In this document: positions 55,749 to 64,000 of the stretch, piece after piece
Layout: every line of letters starts with the position of its first letter
Position numbering within the stretch: position 1 is the stretch's first letter
DNA from: Clostridium sp.
GTDB lineage: Bacteria > Bacillota > Clostridia > Lachnospirales > Lachnospiraceae
Direction: 5' to 3'
NCBI GenBank assembly: GCA_023664775.1
Contig: JAMPEW010000002.1
Coordinates: 16,027 to 80,026 of the forward strand
DNA length: 64,000 nucleotides
Notes under the pieces: model-generated
Database searches by the model: none
Told to the model about the DNA's origin: nothing
The model's input: only the letters and a program-made list of their open reading frames with translations
Program-made: the position numbers and the translations under genes

Positions 55749-56315
55749 TTACAGATGCATCATTTCCTCTTCCTTCATATCTTCCCCGTCATCCGTGATG
55801 TTGACATACTCACCGATAATGTTCAGCGCCTCGGCATAACTTCCTGATGCAGTGATTCTGTCACACATTTCCTCCGCCTGTGTTCCCATTCCCTGCTCCT
55901 TTAATGTCCTTGATGCAATCCCCATCAGATTGAAGATGTTACCATCCTGTCCAATCAGCGGACAATTGGGTTTCACGGTATTCTCTTCATTTACAAAACC
56001 TCCAAGTCTGTTTGGCACATAATCGGAAAGCCATGTACCGCCAAAGGTGTCATATGTGTTTAACCGCCACACGGCCAGCTTTCCCACATTCAGCTTTACA
56101 TCCTCAAATGGGAACAGCAGACAGGTAACGCCTTCCTTCTCGAAATACATACAGGTCTGAAACTTACTTCTCTCCAATAAAATTTCCTCCTGTGTAAGAA
56201 GGTCGTTTATGCCGTCTACCCATTCCTCAAGGTTTCCCCCGCAGCCCTGAAGGATAAGCCCTTCACTGTCATGCATTCTGCGAAGCTCATCCGGCTCAAT
56301 TTTCCTGATATTCAT
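55749..56315 (-). CDS. Conserved ICE leading-region protein, unknown function
   Basis: Intact ORF with a strong AGGAGG RBS. Confidence 0.55.
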   Translation of the reverse strand: MNIRKIEPDELRRMHDSEGLILQGCGGNLEEWVDGINDLLTQEEILLERSKFQTCMYFEKEGVTCLLFPFEDVKLNVGKLAVWRLNTYDTFGGTWLSDYVPNRLGGFVNEENTVKPNCPLIGQDGNIFNLMGIASRTLKEQGMGTQAEEMCDRITASGSYAEALNIIGEYVNITDDGEDMKEEEMMHL

Positions 56316-56363
56316 AACCGTATACCTCCTGACCGATTTATATCTGCCTCCATCTCTTCATTT

Positions 56364-57689
56364 TCAAAAATCTCCCTGACATCCTCCGGTCCCATGTTTT
56401 TCCTCCTGTTCCGTAATGTCCCTTTGGTCATCCATTTCCTTTATTTTTCTTCCCAGTGCGGCAATGACGGGAACCGTTACCGCATTCCCCGCCATTTTGT
56501 AAAGTCTTCCGTCAGAGAGTCCTGTTGCCTGTGCCTTATAAAACTGCTCATCCGTAAATCCCTGTAAACGCCAGCATTCAAGCGGTGTCAGTCTGCGTAC
56601 CCTTCCGTTCCATACAACACCATGCCGGTCCTGTGCCGTAATGGTAAACATCGGCTCCCCCGCTTCCTTCATTCGTCTTCCCTGCTGTCTTACTTTTGTT
56701 CTATCCGGTGTCAATATGGCACTCGCATCTCCCATGAATACGCCTGAATGTTCTCCTTTTCTGTGACTGATGCCTGCATTCTGCCTTGACGTAATGCATC
56801 TTGCCGTGTCTGTCAGTGCAGGATTTTCATTCATGTCGATAAAAAATAACCCCTGTGTATTTGCAGGCGTTATCGTATGTGCCATTTTCTTTCCCACTCT
56901 GCCCCGACGTGAATTCAGATTTGGATACGCAAGATCGATGCTGTCACCAACATGTGCAGTCTGATACCCGGTCTTTGTATTGACCTTAATCGGTAATCCT
57001 ATATTATAAAGTCCCGATTTCCCACCAAAGCCCCCTGCTCCGCTTGTCAGCGTGCAGCTTAATCCTTTGTCTGAGTACACACGGTTTCCCTGGCTTCCGG
57101 GAATGCATTGTATAAGAGACGTTCCATTTGCTTCCGTGAAAGAAAGTATTTTTCCGGCACATCGTTCTCCAAGAAATCCGATAATGAACACTCTCTTTCG
57201 GGACTGGGCGACACCAAAATCCGCGCTGTTAAGCACCTGCCATGTGACATGATACCCCAGTTCAGAAAGTGCACCGAGGATGGTCGCAAATGTCCTGCCG
57301 CCGTCATGCGACAACAAGCCGGGAACATTCTCAAGGAGCAGATATGAAGGTCTTTTAACGGAAGCAATTCGGATAATTTCAAAGAAAAGCGTTCCTCTTG
57401 CATCGTCAAATCCGCCCCGCTTTCCAGCAATTGAAAAACTCTGACAAGGGAATCCTCCGCAAATAAGGTCGATATCCGGCAGTTCATTCGGTTCCATTGT
57501 TCTTGCATCATCAAAATACAGCTCTCCTTTCGTATCGTATATGGCTTCATAGGCTTTTCTTGCATACTTATCACTTTCACAATATCCCAGACATTCATAT
57601 CCGCCGACAGCCTCCAGCCCCGACCGAAAACCGCCTATGCCTGCAAACATATCAAAAAAACGGATTGCCATAAGCATCCGCACTCTCAT
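56364..57689 (-). CDS. dcm: Orphan DNA cytosine-5 methyltransferase
   Basis: FDMFAGIGGF (motif I), GGFPCQSFSIAGKRGG (motif IV), LLLENVPGL (motif VI), AGNAVTVPV (motif X). Confidence 0.9.
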   Translation of the reverse strand: MRVRMLMAIRFFDMFAGIGGFRSGLEAVGGYECLGYCESDKYARKAYEAIYDTKGELYFDDARTMEPNELPDIDLICGGFPCQSFSIAGKRGGFDDARGTLFFEIIRIASVKRPSYLLLENVPGLLSHDGGRTFATILGALSELGYHVTWQVLNSADFGVAQSRKRVFIIGFLGERCAGKILSFTEANGTSLIQCIPGSQGNRVYSDKGLSCTLTSGAGGFGGKSGLYNIGLPIKVNTKTGYQTAHVGDSIDLAYPNLNSRRGRVGKKMAHTITPANTQGLFFIDMNENPALTDTARCITSRQNAGISHRKGEHSGVFMGDASAILTPDRTKVRQQGRRMKEAGEPMFTITAQDRHGVVWNGRVRRLTPLECWRLQGFTDEQFYKAQATGLSDGRLYKMAGNAVTVPVIAALGRKIKEMDDQRDITEQEEKHGTGGCQGDF

Positions 57690-57713
57690 ACTATTTACTT
57701 TTTTCGCTTCACC

Positions 57714-58157
57714 TCACATTCCCATGGAAAATGCCATACCTTCCTCCTCCGAACAGCTTTCTTCCTCTTCTCTCATGTCATATGACTGTTCTTCATCGGA
57801 TTCCTCTTCCGGATTCTGATTTTGGTCTGTCTCTTCACGCTCGGTCAAATCCCGCTCCAGTTCGTCTTCAATCAGCCCGATTATAAATTCCTTCTGTGTC
57901 ATGTTGTTGCGCAGCAGATAATCCTTAATTCGTTGAAACAAATCCTCCGATACCTGAAACGCTATGGTTCTCATATTTCCCATACCCTTTTCCTCTTTCA
58001 TTCTGAATTTTGGATGGAGCTCATCCTCCAGTGCAAGTGCGACAAACTCCGCCATCGTTATGCCATGACGCACCAAATACTGCCGAACTTCTGCATGAAG
58101 TGCTGCGTCAACCTTGACTGTGATACCTTTCTTTTCATTAACAGACAATGCTATCAC
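57714..58157 (-). CDS. Tandem ribbon-helix-helix (CopG-like) protein with an acidic tail
   Basis: Two similar RHH units (ITVKVDAALHAEVRQYLVRHGITMAEFVALALEDEL and RTIAFQVSEDLFQRIKDYLLRNNMTQKEFIIGLIEDEL). Confidence 0.6.
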   Translation of the reverse strand: MIALSVNEKKGITVKVDAALHAEVRQYLVRHGITMAEFVALALEDELHPKFRMKEEKGMGNMRTIAFQVSEDLFQRIKDYLLRNNMTQKEFIIGLIEDELERDLTEREETDQNQNPEEESDEEQSYDMREEEESCSEEEGMAFSMGM

Positions 58158-58307
58158 CCTCCCTCATACTATAAAGTAGTTTTGTCTATGGTCCCTCTCC
58201 AGAGACTATCTGCTATACGCATGAAAATACCGTGGATTGGTTCTCACTCCCTCATAATTTGGAATTTTCCCCGTTCGTTCTGTGTTTTTCCCTTCCACAG
58301 GCATATT

Positions 58308-59501
58308 TTACATTCCTCCCATCATCATATGCTTCTCTTCTTTTTCCTGACTTTCTTCTATTTTTTCGCCTATGATTTCATCAAGACTCTGCCCATTGTC
58401 TATATATACAAAACCACCTGATGCTAAAAACTTACCTCCTGTATGAATTTCTATATATTCACCAAACTGTTCATATAGAAAGAAATCCTCCAGTTCGGGA
58501 CTTAATTCATATTCCTCCCTGTGTGCAATCCAGTACCTTGCCAATTCTTCCTGATTATTTATATCCGGAAGAAACATAAAACAATCCATTTTCGCCGCAA
58601 TCTGTGTCAGTGATTTACTGTCCCGCACATTGGCATATTCTGTGACTGCAGTAAGTTTCTTCCAGTCCTCCTGCTCCACAAATCCACGGACGACATTTGC
58701 AAATTGATTTACCGCATACAATCCTTCCGACTTCAGGATATCCCTCAAGTGCATTAGCCACTCCTTATCATCAAGGGTGTAAGCAAACAGATTCACGCTA
58801 CACTCCTGAAGATTTCCGGCATTCAATCTGTGTAATGCTTTGCTGATGGAAATCCCCTCACACGGAAGATAAGCATATTCCGTTTTCCCATGGAAGCTGA
58901 GTTCCGCAATAACAAGGCATTCCTCATAGATATATTGGGGGAATACCTGTCCGTCATACACCTCATCAAACGGAATTTCCTCATTAACAAACAAAATGCC
59001 ATATTTTGTTATTCTACCTCTTCCGCATTCCAACAATTTCCTGCCCATATCTTCAAAAGCAGCGGCTTCCATTTCCTCTTCGCTAAGCCCTCCTGATAAG
59101 GTAAGTTGATGCAGACGACCAACAGCTTCCATACTGCTTACATCCTGTATCAGTGTAAATCGGGACAGATTAAATGTCAGATTAATGCAGTCCTTTAATT
59201 TGGTAAATCCACAATGATGTACAGCGGCGAAAAACTGTTTTTCTTCCCTTTGATCAAGGCTTTCCAGCCGCTTGGCAAGATAGTTTAATTCATCTAAATC
59301 AACAAAACAGCCCCGTAGCATGGATAAATCTTTGGGGTCATGCACCTCTGCAATAAACAAGTTAAAATCTGATTTATCCCTCCCCTGAAACTGAATCAGC
59401 CACTGTTCCATGTCACTGTCGGCACACGGAAACGAGAGCGAAATATAATCCTGGTTATATTGTGCGGTTACTATAATCACAAACCATTCCTCCTTCTGCA
59501 A
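58308..59501 (-). CDS. Conserved ICE leading-region protein, unknown function
   Basis: Intact 397-aa ORF. The true start may be the in-frame GTG at 59480, 8 nt after AAGGAGG. Confidence 0.55.
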   Translation of the reverse strand: MQKEEWFVIIVTAQYNQDYISLSFPCADSDMEQWLIQFQGRDKSDFNLFIAEVHDPKDLSMLRGCFVDLDELNYLAKRLESLDQREEKQFFAAVHHCGFTKLKDCINLTFNLSRFTLIQDVSSMEAVGRLHQLTLSGGLSEEEMEAAAFEDMGRKLLECGRGRITKYGILFVNEEIPFDEVYDGQVFPQYIYEECLVIAELSFHGKTEYAYLPCEGISISKALHRLNAGNLQECSVNLFAYTLDDKEWLMHLRDILKSEGLYAVNQFANVVRGFVEQEDWKKLTAVTEYANVRDSKSLTQIAAKMDCFMFLPDINNQEELARYWIAHREEYELSPELEDFFLYEQFGEYIEIHTGGKFLASGGFVYIDNGQSLDEIIGEKIEESQEKEEKHMMMGGM

Positions 59502-60090
59502 GACAAACCGCTTTCATTCCAAACCTCCTGATTGCCATTGCATTACAGATAATGCGGAACATATCCGGTGAAATTAGTTCCTTATCCGCTAAATCACTGA
59601 TGGTAAGATACTTTGTACCAAGATACAAATCCTTTGCCACACCAAACAGTGTGTAGCCTTTTTCGTTTATACCATTCAGCCTGATTGTATGGAAATCAAT
59701 TCTATTTTGCCGTATATATGGCTTTGCACGTTTCCACAAATTAAAATCTGCTGTCAGCAGATACAGGGCGGACAGCAGAGCAGCGTTGTTTTGATTTACC
59801 TTTTCAATTGTTTCTTTAAATATCCTCTCATGATTCTCATTTCTATAAAGCATATGCCTCACCTCCACCTCTTTTATATATTGCTCCAAACGCTTCCGAA
59901 ATGGCTTATCCCAGATTGCTGACATAGTCGTTGTCAACAGTTCTGCATAGGAAAGCGGAGGCGGCTGCTCCTGCGTGCAAAGCATTTCGTCTTTCAATAC
60001 CGCACTTCCATGTCCCCGTGGGTGAAAGTTTGGTATCTGACACATAAGTTCCTCAATGTCCCGATAACGGGCTGTTTGCATAAAATACAT
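59455..60090 (-). CDS. Conserved ICE protein (DUF6075-like), first gene at the right end of the element
   Basis: Start moved to the ATG at 60090 after AAAGGAG. The family call is from memory only. Confidence 0.45.
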   Translation of the reverse strand: MYFMQTARYRDIEELMCQIPNFHPRGHGSAVLKDEMLCTQEQPPPLSYAELLTTTMSAIWDKPFRKRLEQYIKEVEVRHMLYRNENHERIFKETIEKVNQNNAALLSALYLLTADFNLWKRAKPYIRQNRIDFHTIRLNGINEKGYTLFGVAKDLYLGTKYLTISDLADKELISPDMFRIICNAMAIRRFGMKAVCLAEGGMVCDYSNRTI

Positions 60091-60241
60091 GTGATGTGCT
60101 CCTTTCGTTGAAATTGTTGAAATAAAAAAAGCGCTGCCTATTTCTTTTGAAATAAGTAACGCTTTCAAGTTCTTTTAGGTTTCCCTATTATTTATGCTGT
60201 TTTATATGTGATTGCAATATTACTTTTATGTATTAGAATCT

Positions 60242-60301
60242 CTAATCGCAAACCTCAAAGTCACGAATTAACAAATCCTCCATAATCAGCTTATAATCCA
60301 T
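60242..60301 (-). pseudogene. Possible truncated RelE/ParE-type toxin (19 codons)
   Basis: The ATG overlaps the antitoxin 3' end. MDYKLI... resembles toxin N-termini. A TAG follows after 19 codons. Confidence 0.3.
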
Positions 60302-60551
60302 AGCGTTCCCTTACAGATGCTAAAGATTTTCTTGCATCTTTCGTCTTTCCATCTTTTATCTCTCTTTCTGAAATCTCCAATTCCTGATAAAAATTTAATT
60401 GCTTCATTGTATGCTCATAAATATCCATACTCATAATAACCATATCACCATAGCCATTTTTAGTAATGTAAATCGGCTCATCACTTTTATGGCATAAATC
60501 TGAAATTTCAGACGTATTCTTTAAATCTTTAATCGGAATAATTTGCGGCAT
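60291..60551 (-). CDS. Phd/YefM-family antitoxin (orphan)
   Basis: MPQIIPIKDLKNTSEISDLCHKSDEPIYITKNGYGDMVIMSMDIYE. GGAGG RBS. Confidence 0.75.
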   Translation of the reverse strand: MPQIIPIKDLKNTSEISDLCHKSDEPIYITKNGYGDMVIMSMDIYEHTMKQLNFYQELEISEREIKDGKTKDARKSLASVRERYGL

Positions 60552-60817
60552 ATCTGCACCTCCTCTGTGATGTGATAATTATACCATTATTATACCATAT
60601 CTTCAAGGTGTTATGCGTATCATGTACTATGTACAGAAACCATGTAATAAAAAAAAGAAATCCATACACTCAAAAAGCCCGACAAACATCCCATTTCCAT
60701 TTGCCGAACTTTCACTTCTTGACAATTCATTTCATTACATCTTTATGACAAATTTACAACCCTTAACCACTTATCAAAATATTCAATACTTCTAAGCTAC
60801 TACCCACACAAACCATT

Positions 60818-60961
60818 CTAACTTATTACATCCGCACGTACCGTATTCTTGCTTACCCTAAATGTCTTTGCGGTCTGACACACTGTAGCATTGCTCTCGA
60901 CGATATATTTCACAATGTTGACGGCACGCTCCTCGATATAATCTTTCAAAGGAAATCCCAC
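60818..60961 (-). pseudogene. SpoIIID-like HTH fragment
   Basis: ...LKDYIEERAVNIVKYIVESNATVCQTAKTFRVSKNTVRADV resembles SpoIIID. There is no ATG start or RBS (only a GTG) and the C-terminus is truncated. Confidence 0.4.
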
Positions 60962-61092
60962 AAAAGCTGTTTTTACATTGTGTGAAGGACTTTTGGGGAT
61001 AAGAATGTTGTTTTCAACATCATCATTTATCTATGATTATGTCAAGCATCCCTTGGCATTTTTCCTATTTTGTTTTATGAACCTTTATTTGG

Positions 61093-62808
61093 CTATCTAT
61101 CCATTAATATTTCTATAACCTCTTTAACCTCAGAATCAATATCCTCTAAAGTAGTTGCATTTATTATTTTAGCAATACTGCACTGCACACCATACTTTTG
61201 CCTTATCCATTTATTCATTCTTTTTAAAAATGCCTTACCTCCGACCAGTTCTATTTTACTATCCAAACTTGTCCAATGTTCTAAAATATACTGTCTTGCC
61301 ATTTTATTAGCAGAACTTGGGTCTATATTTTTATTGTATTTAACAATAGAAGATGAATATTGGTCAAAAACATCATCCTCAAATTCATCTAAAATCTTCT
61401 CAAATTCTAAAAGAAACGTACTATACATATCCTCTTTTTGATTTGTCAACCTAAAAATCACCTTCGGAATTATAAGATAGTTTTCTATTTCTTTTCGCTT
61501 CCAAATATGTAATAAGAGATGATTCTCTTCAGCTAATTTCATCTTTGCTTCCAATAATTCTGTTGGAAAATAATCGCTGTCGAGAATGCAAAAACATCTA
61601 ATTTCATTTCTGGTTTCATCATAAAATAATTTTGAAGCACCAAATGCTTCTCGTAAATTATTAAATCCTCCCAATGCTACACTTGGTATAACACTTATAG
61701 GTTCTTCTGCATCTGGATGTAAAATATCTTGAATTTTAGAAAGAATAGTCATATCTTTGCCTTCAATAAAAATACACTTCCGTTGAATCCCTAATCTTGT
61801 TAGCGACAAATTACTAATTGAGCCTAAATTATCAATTATACTCTGCACAGCTCTCATATTGGCGGCATATGACAAATTTCTTTTTTTCTTGTCAACAATA
61901 ACAATATCTGAACATTCAACTTCAGAAATAATTTCAACCGAATGAGTCGCAATAATTATCTGTTTATACCTCCCTCGTATTAATCTAACCAATTTGCGCT
62001 GTAAATCTGGGTGCATATATACATCAGGTTCATCTAAAATAACAGTTTCTGCATCCTTTGATCGACATAAAAACCACATTATTTGTAACCACATCTGCAA
62101 ACCACTACCCATAAGTCCTAACTCAGCCAAAAACCTAGAATCACTTATAAACAATTTGATGTAATTATCATCATAATAATTATATAAAATTTCTTTAATT
62201 TTTAATTCTTTCCACGTAGACTCCGCTAGATTAACAAACTCTTTCCAATATACATCTTTATATAAGTATATCTCATTTCTGAAATGTCTAGAAAACAGAT
62301 AACTATCCATATCAGACTTAATTGTTTCTTCCGCTAATTTCTTTTCACTCTCTTTAATTAATCCCAATGGCGGTAAAATCTCTACATTCTCAATACTACA
62401 GTCCCTCGCTTTTGCTTTTGTGTAAACATTCTTACCATTTATATCATATATACAAGCATATGCACTTTCCTGATTTAAATAAATTATTATTTTATTACCA
62501 CTGTCCAGCAAGGTTGTTATTTTAGCAATTTTATCCTCATATAAATATACTACTCCTCTTAAATCAATTTTAAGTTTTTCAACTTCCAAACGAAAACCTC
62601 TTTCTCTCAGTGCAATTCCAAATTCTCTAGGCAATTCTTTATATACAGATTTGGTTGACTTCCTGATTGCTAAAGCAACTAATCTCAATGCTTCAATTAT
62701 TGATGACTTACCCGCATTATTCTTCCCCACAAATATTGCTGTCGACTTGATATGTATTTTCGTTTTCTCAAAACATCTATAATTTTCTAACTGTATACTA
62801 TCTATCAT
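61093..62808 (-). CDS. OLD-like AAA ATPase fused to a DUF4435/Toprim-like domain (fused AbiL-like)
   Basis: IQLENYRCFEKT...VGKNNAGKSSIIEAL (Walker A), VILDEPDVYMHP, IIATHSVEII, then CIFIEGKDMTIL (Toprim/DUF4435-like). Confidence 0.7.
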   Translation of the reverse strand: MIDSIQLENYRCFEKTKIHIKSTAIFVGKNNAGKSSIIEALRLVALAIRKSTKSVYKELPREFGIALRERGFRLEVEKLKIDLRGVVYLYEDKIAKITTLLDSGNKIIIYLNQESAYACIYDINGKNVYTKAKARDCSIENVEILPPLGLIKESEKKLAEETIKSDMDSYLFSRHFRNEIYLYKDVYWKEFVNLAESTWKELKIKEILYNYYDDNYIKLFISDSRFLAELGLMGSGLQMWLQIMWFLCRSKDAETVILDEPDVYMHPDLQRKLVRLIRGRYKQIIIATHSVEIISEVECSDIVIVDKKKRNLSYAANMRAVQSIIDNLGSISNLSLTRLGIQRKCIFIEGKDMTILSKIQDILHPDAEEPISVIPSVALGGFNNLREAFGASKLFYDETRNEIRCFCILDSDYFPTELLEAKMKLAEENHLLLHIWKRKEIENYLIIPKVIFRLTNQKEDMYSTFLLEFEKILDEFEDDVFDQYSSSIVKYNKNIDPSSANKMARQYILEHWTSLDSKIELVGGKAFLKRMNKWIRQKYGVQCSIAKIINATTLEDIDSEVKEVIEILMDR

Positions 62809-63169
62809 TTTTTCTCCCTTATATCCTCTATCAATTATTTAAATCCCTTAAAATAAAGCTGTTCCGTTTGTTCTCCCTCGAAAAAACATAATAACAGTAT
62901 TCCTTCTTTTTAAGATATTTCTTGTGTCTCTGCTTCCTCCACTATATTGTGCCTATCTCTTTAGGCATTGACATCGTTCGAATCAATAATTGTTTTCAAA
63001 TATGAATCTACACCATACTTACCCTAAATATTGCTTATCATATTTTGCATCCATGCGAACGAATTTTCTTTTTTATTCTTAAATTCGACCAAAAAATAAA
63101 GTTTAGAATATCTTTCCAGCAACCATCCCTTTAATTGCATCAAATTTCCTCTTACGAAATATATTAATA

Positions 63170-63538
63170 TCAATCAATTAACAGCACAATCTTCGGCATA
63201 AGAACATTCTTAAACTCATCAATCATCTGTTTCCTGAATTTGAATTTAGGTAGTGCATTTTCATTTGCTTCCTTAATAGGAAGCATAATCTGCACTTCCA
63301 ACCATTTTCCTGCATCATAAAACGAAGCATGTGATAAATCATTCTTAATCTTAGCAAACTCAGAATCACTAAGAGAGACATCATTCAACTTCGCCTTGTT
63401 GTTCTGCTCAAGTATGTATTTGAAGTTATTCCATAACTGTTCCTCTGTTTTGATATCAGGTCTGTACGTCCATTGGGACTCATCACAGTAAAGCTGGTCC
63501 ATCAATCTCTTTTCTATTACGGATTCTAATTCTGCCAT
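63170..63538 (-). pseudogene. Truncated type I restriction enzyme R-subunit N-terminus
   Basis: AELESVIEKRLMDQL...WTYRPDIKTEEQLWNNFKYILEQNNKAKLNDVSLSDSEFAKIKNDL resembles the HsdR N-terminus. Only 122 codons, against about 1000 expected. Confidence 0.55.
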
Positions 63539-63573
63539 AAGCTATCCTATTCCCATTCCATCTCTAAACGGAC

Positions 63574-64000
63574 TCACAGATACGCTTTCAATTTCTCCAC
63601 TACTTCATACACCTGTGTACCGGGAGCAGCCTGCGACGGCAACTTTCCCTCATTTATTACAGCAAGTCTTTTAGCATTTGCAAGGGCAACATCCATATAT
63701 GGTCTAAGCACTTGATACATATCAACTCTATTCTTCTCGTATTTCCCCGCTCCGATTCCAGTCAGCCACTCTGTCAGCTTCGGCCAATATTCGTTCCTGT
63801 GCAAATCCGACTGCAGAAAGCAAAAATGAAGCAGATACCATAATTCGATACACTGATTTGACCAAATTGCATGATATTCCGTTTCTTGCGTACTGTTCAT
63901 ACGGCACAAGGCAACTACTTTATCTGTATGCTCTGCTGGAAAATCATCCGTGTCATAAACCACCCACACATGACGATATATATTTGCGTTTTCTTCTGCC
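63574..64000 (-). CDS. RloB-like protein, partial (5' end beyond the window)
   Basis: VWVVYDTDDF...AIWSNQCIELWYLLHF matches the RloB-type D.D...SNPcFElWlLLHf motif. The frame stays open to the window edge. Confidence 0.65.
   Translation of the reverse strand, partial: AEENANIYRHVWVVYDTDDFPAEHTDKVVALCRMNSTQETEYHAIWSNQCIELWYLLHFCFLQSDLHRNEYWPKLTEWLTGIGAGKYEKNRVDMYQVLRPYMDVALANAKRLAVINEGKLPSQAAPGTQVYEVVEKLKAYL

Larger units (their letters stand above)
2422..60235 (-). mobile_element. Integrative conjugative element (T4SS/relaxase backbone with nested cargo)
   Basis: Complete MPF/DTR gene set (VirD4, relaxase, VirB4, VirB6, PrgI, pilin-like, NlpC/P60) plus leading-region genes. The right end is inferred from the truncated toxin at about 60.24 kb. 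The left end is unresolved and no element integrase lies in the window. Confidence 0.6.

Noticed and set aside
57822-58421. 199-aa plus-strand ORF
   Set aside because: It is antisense to the RHH gene and to the 3' end of the 397-aa ICE gene. No motif and no RBS. This is a typical shadow ORF.
1-64000. CRISPR array, rRNA or tRNA genes
   Set aside because: No regularly spaced direct repeats with unique spacers were seen, and no cloverleaf-type T-loop (GGTTCGAATCC-like) or rRNA-like segments. The only tandem periodicity is the protein-coding adhesin repeats.

Overview
Clostridia-type (gut Firmicutes-like) DNA with almost every credible gene on the minus strand. About 2.4-60.2 kb reads as a conjugative element (ICE). 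Its backbone carries a VirD4-like coupling protein, a Toprim/primase-like protein, a relaxase fused to Sel1 repeats, a two-part VirB4, PrgI/VirB6/pilin-like proteins and an NlpC/P60 hydrolase. A leading region holds orphan Dam and Dcm methylases and SpoVG/YodL/DUF3849-type genes. The element also carries a 2115-aa sortase-anchored adhesin, an agr-like quorum-sensing module, a MazF module and a sigma-like regulator. The backbone is visibly GC-richer than several AT-rich cargo blocks inserted into it. Block 1 (about 16.46-35.2 kb) is a nested island bounded by imperfect direct repeats, with a decayed tyrosine integrase at one edge. It carries a KAP/YobI NTPase, a Gabija system (gajA/gajB) and two tightly packed operons of unclear function, which are the best candidates for undescribed systems. 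The first is HTH, radical SAM/SPASM, PAS, TM, SDR, agmatine-deiminase/PAD-fold and SET. The second is TPR-TM, Nudix, a radical SAM gene with an in-frame TAG, and PHP. A serine-recombinase 3' remnant separates them. Block 2 (41.4-45.9 kb) is a four-gene operon with a ShosTA-like pair (HTH-DprA/SLOG plus ComF-like PRTase), an IrrE-like HExxH protein and a small protein. Block 3 (0.5-2.3 kb) holds a DUF2806 protein and a small nucleotidyltransferase-like protein. Right of the ICE (60.2-64 kb) are an orphan Phd/YefM antitoxin with a truncated toxin, an OLD-like ATPase-DUF4435 gene, a truncated HsdR N-terminus and a partial RloB-like gene. No rRNA, tRNA or CRISPR array was recognised. All family calls come from motif recognition by eye, not database searches.
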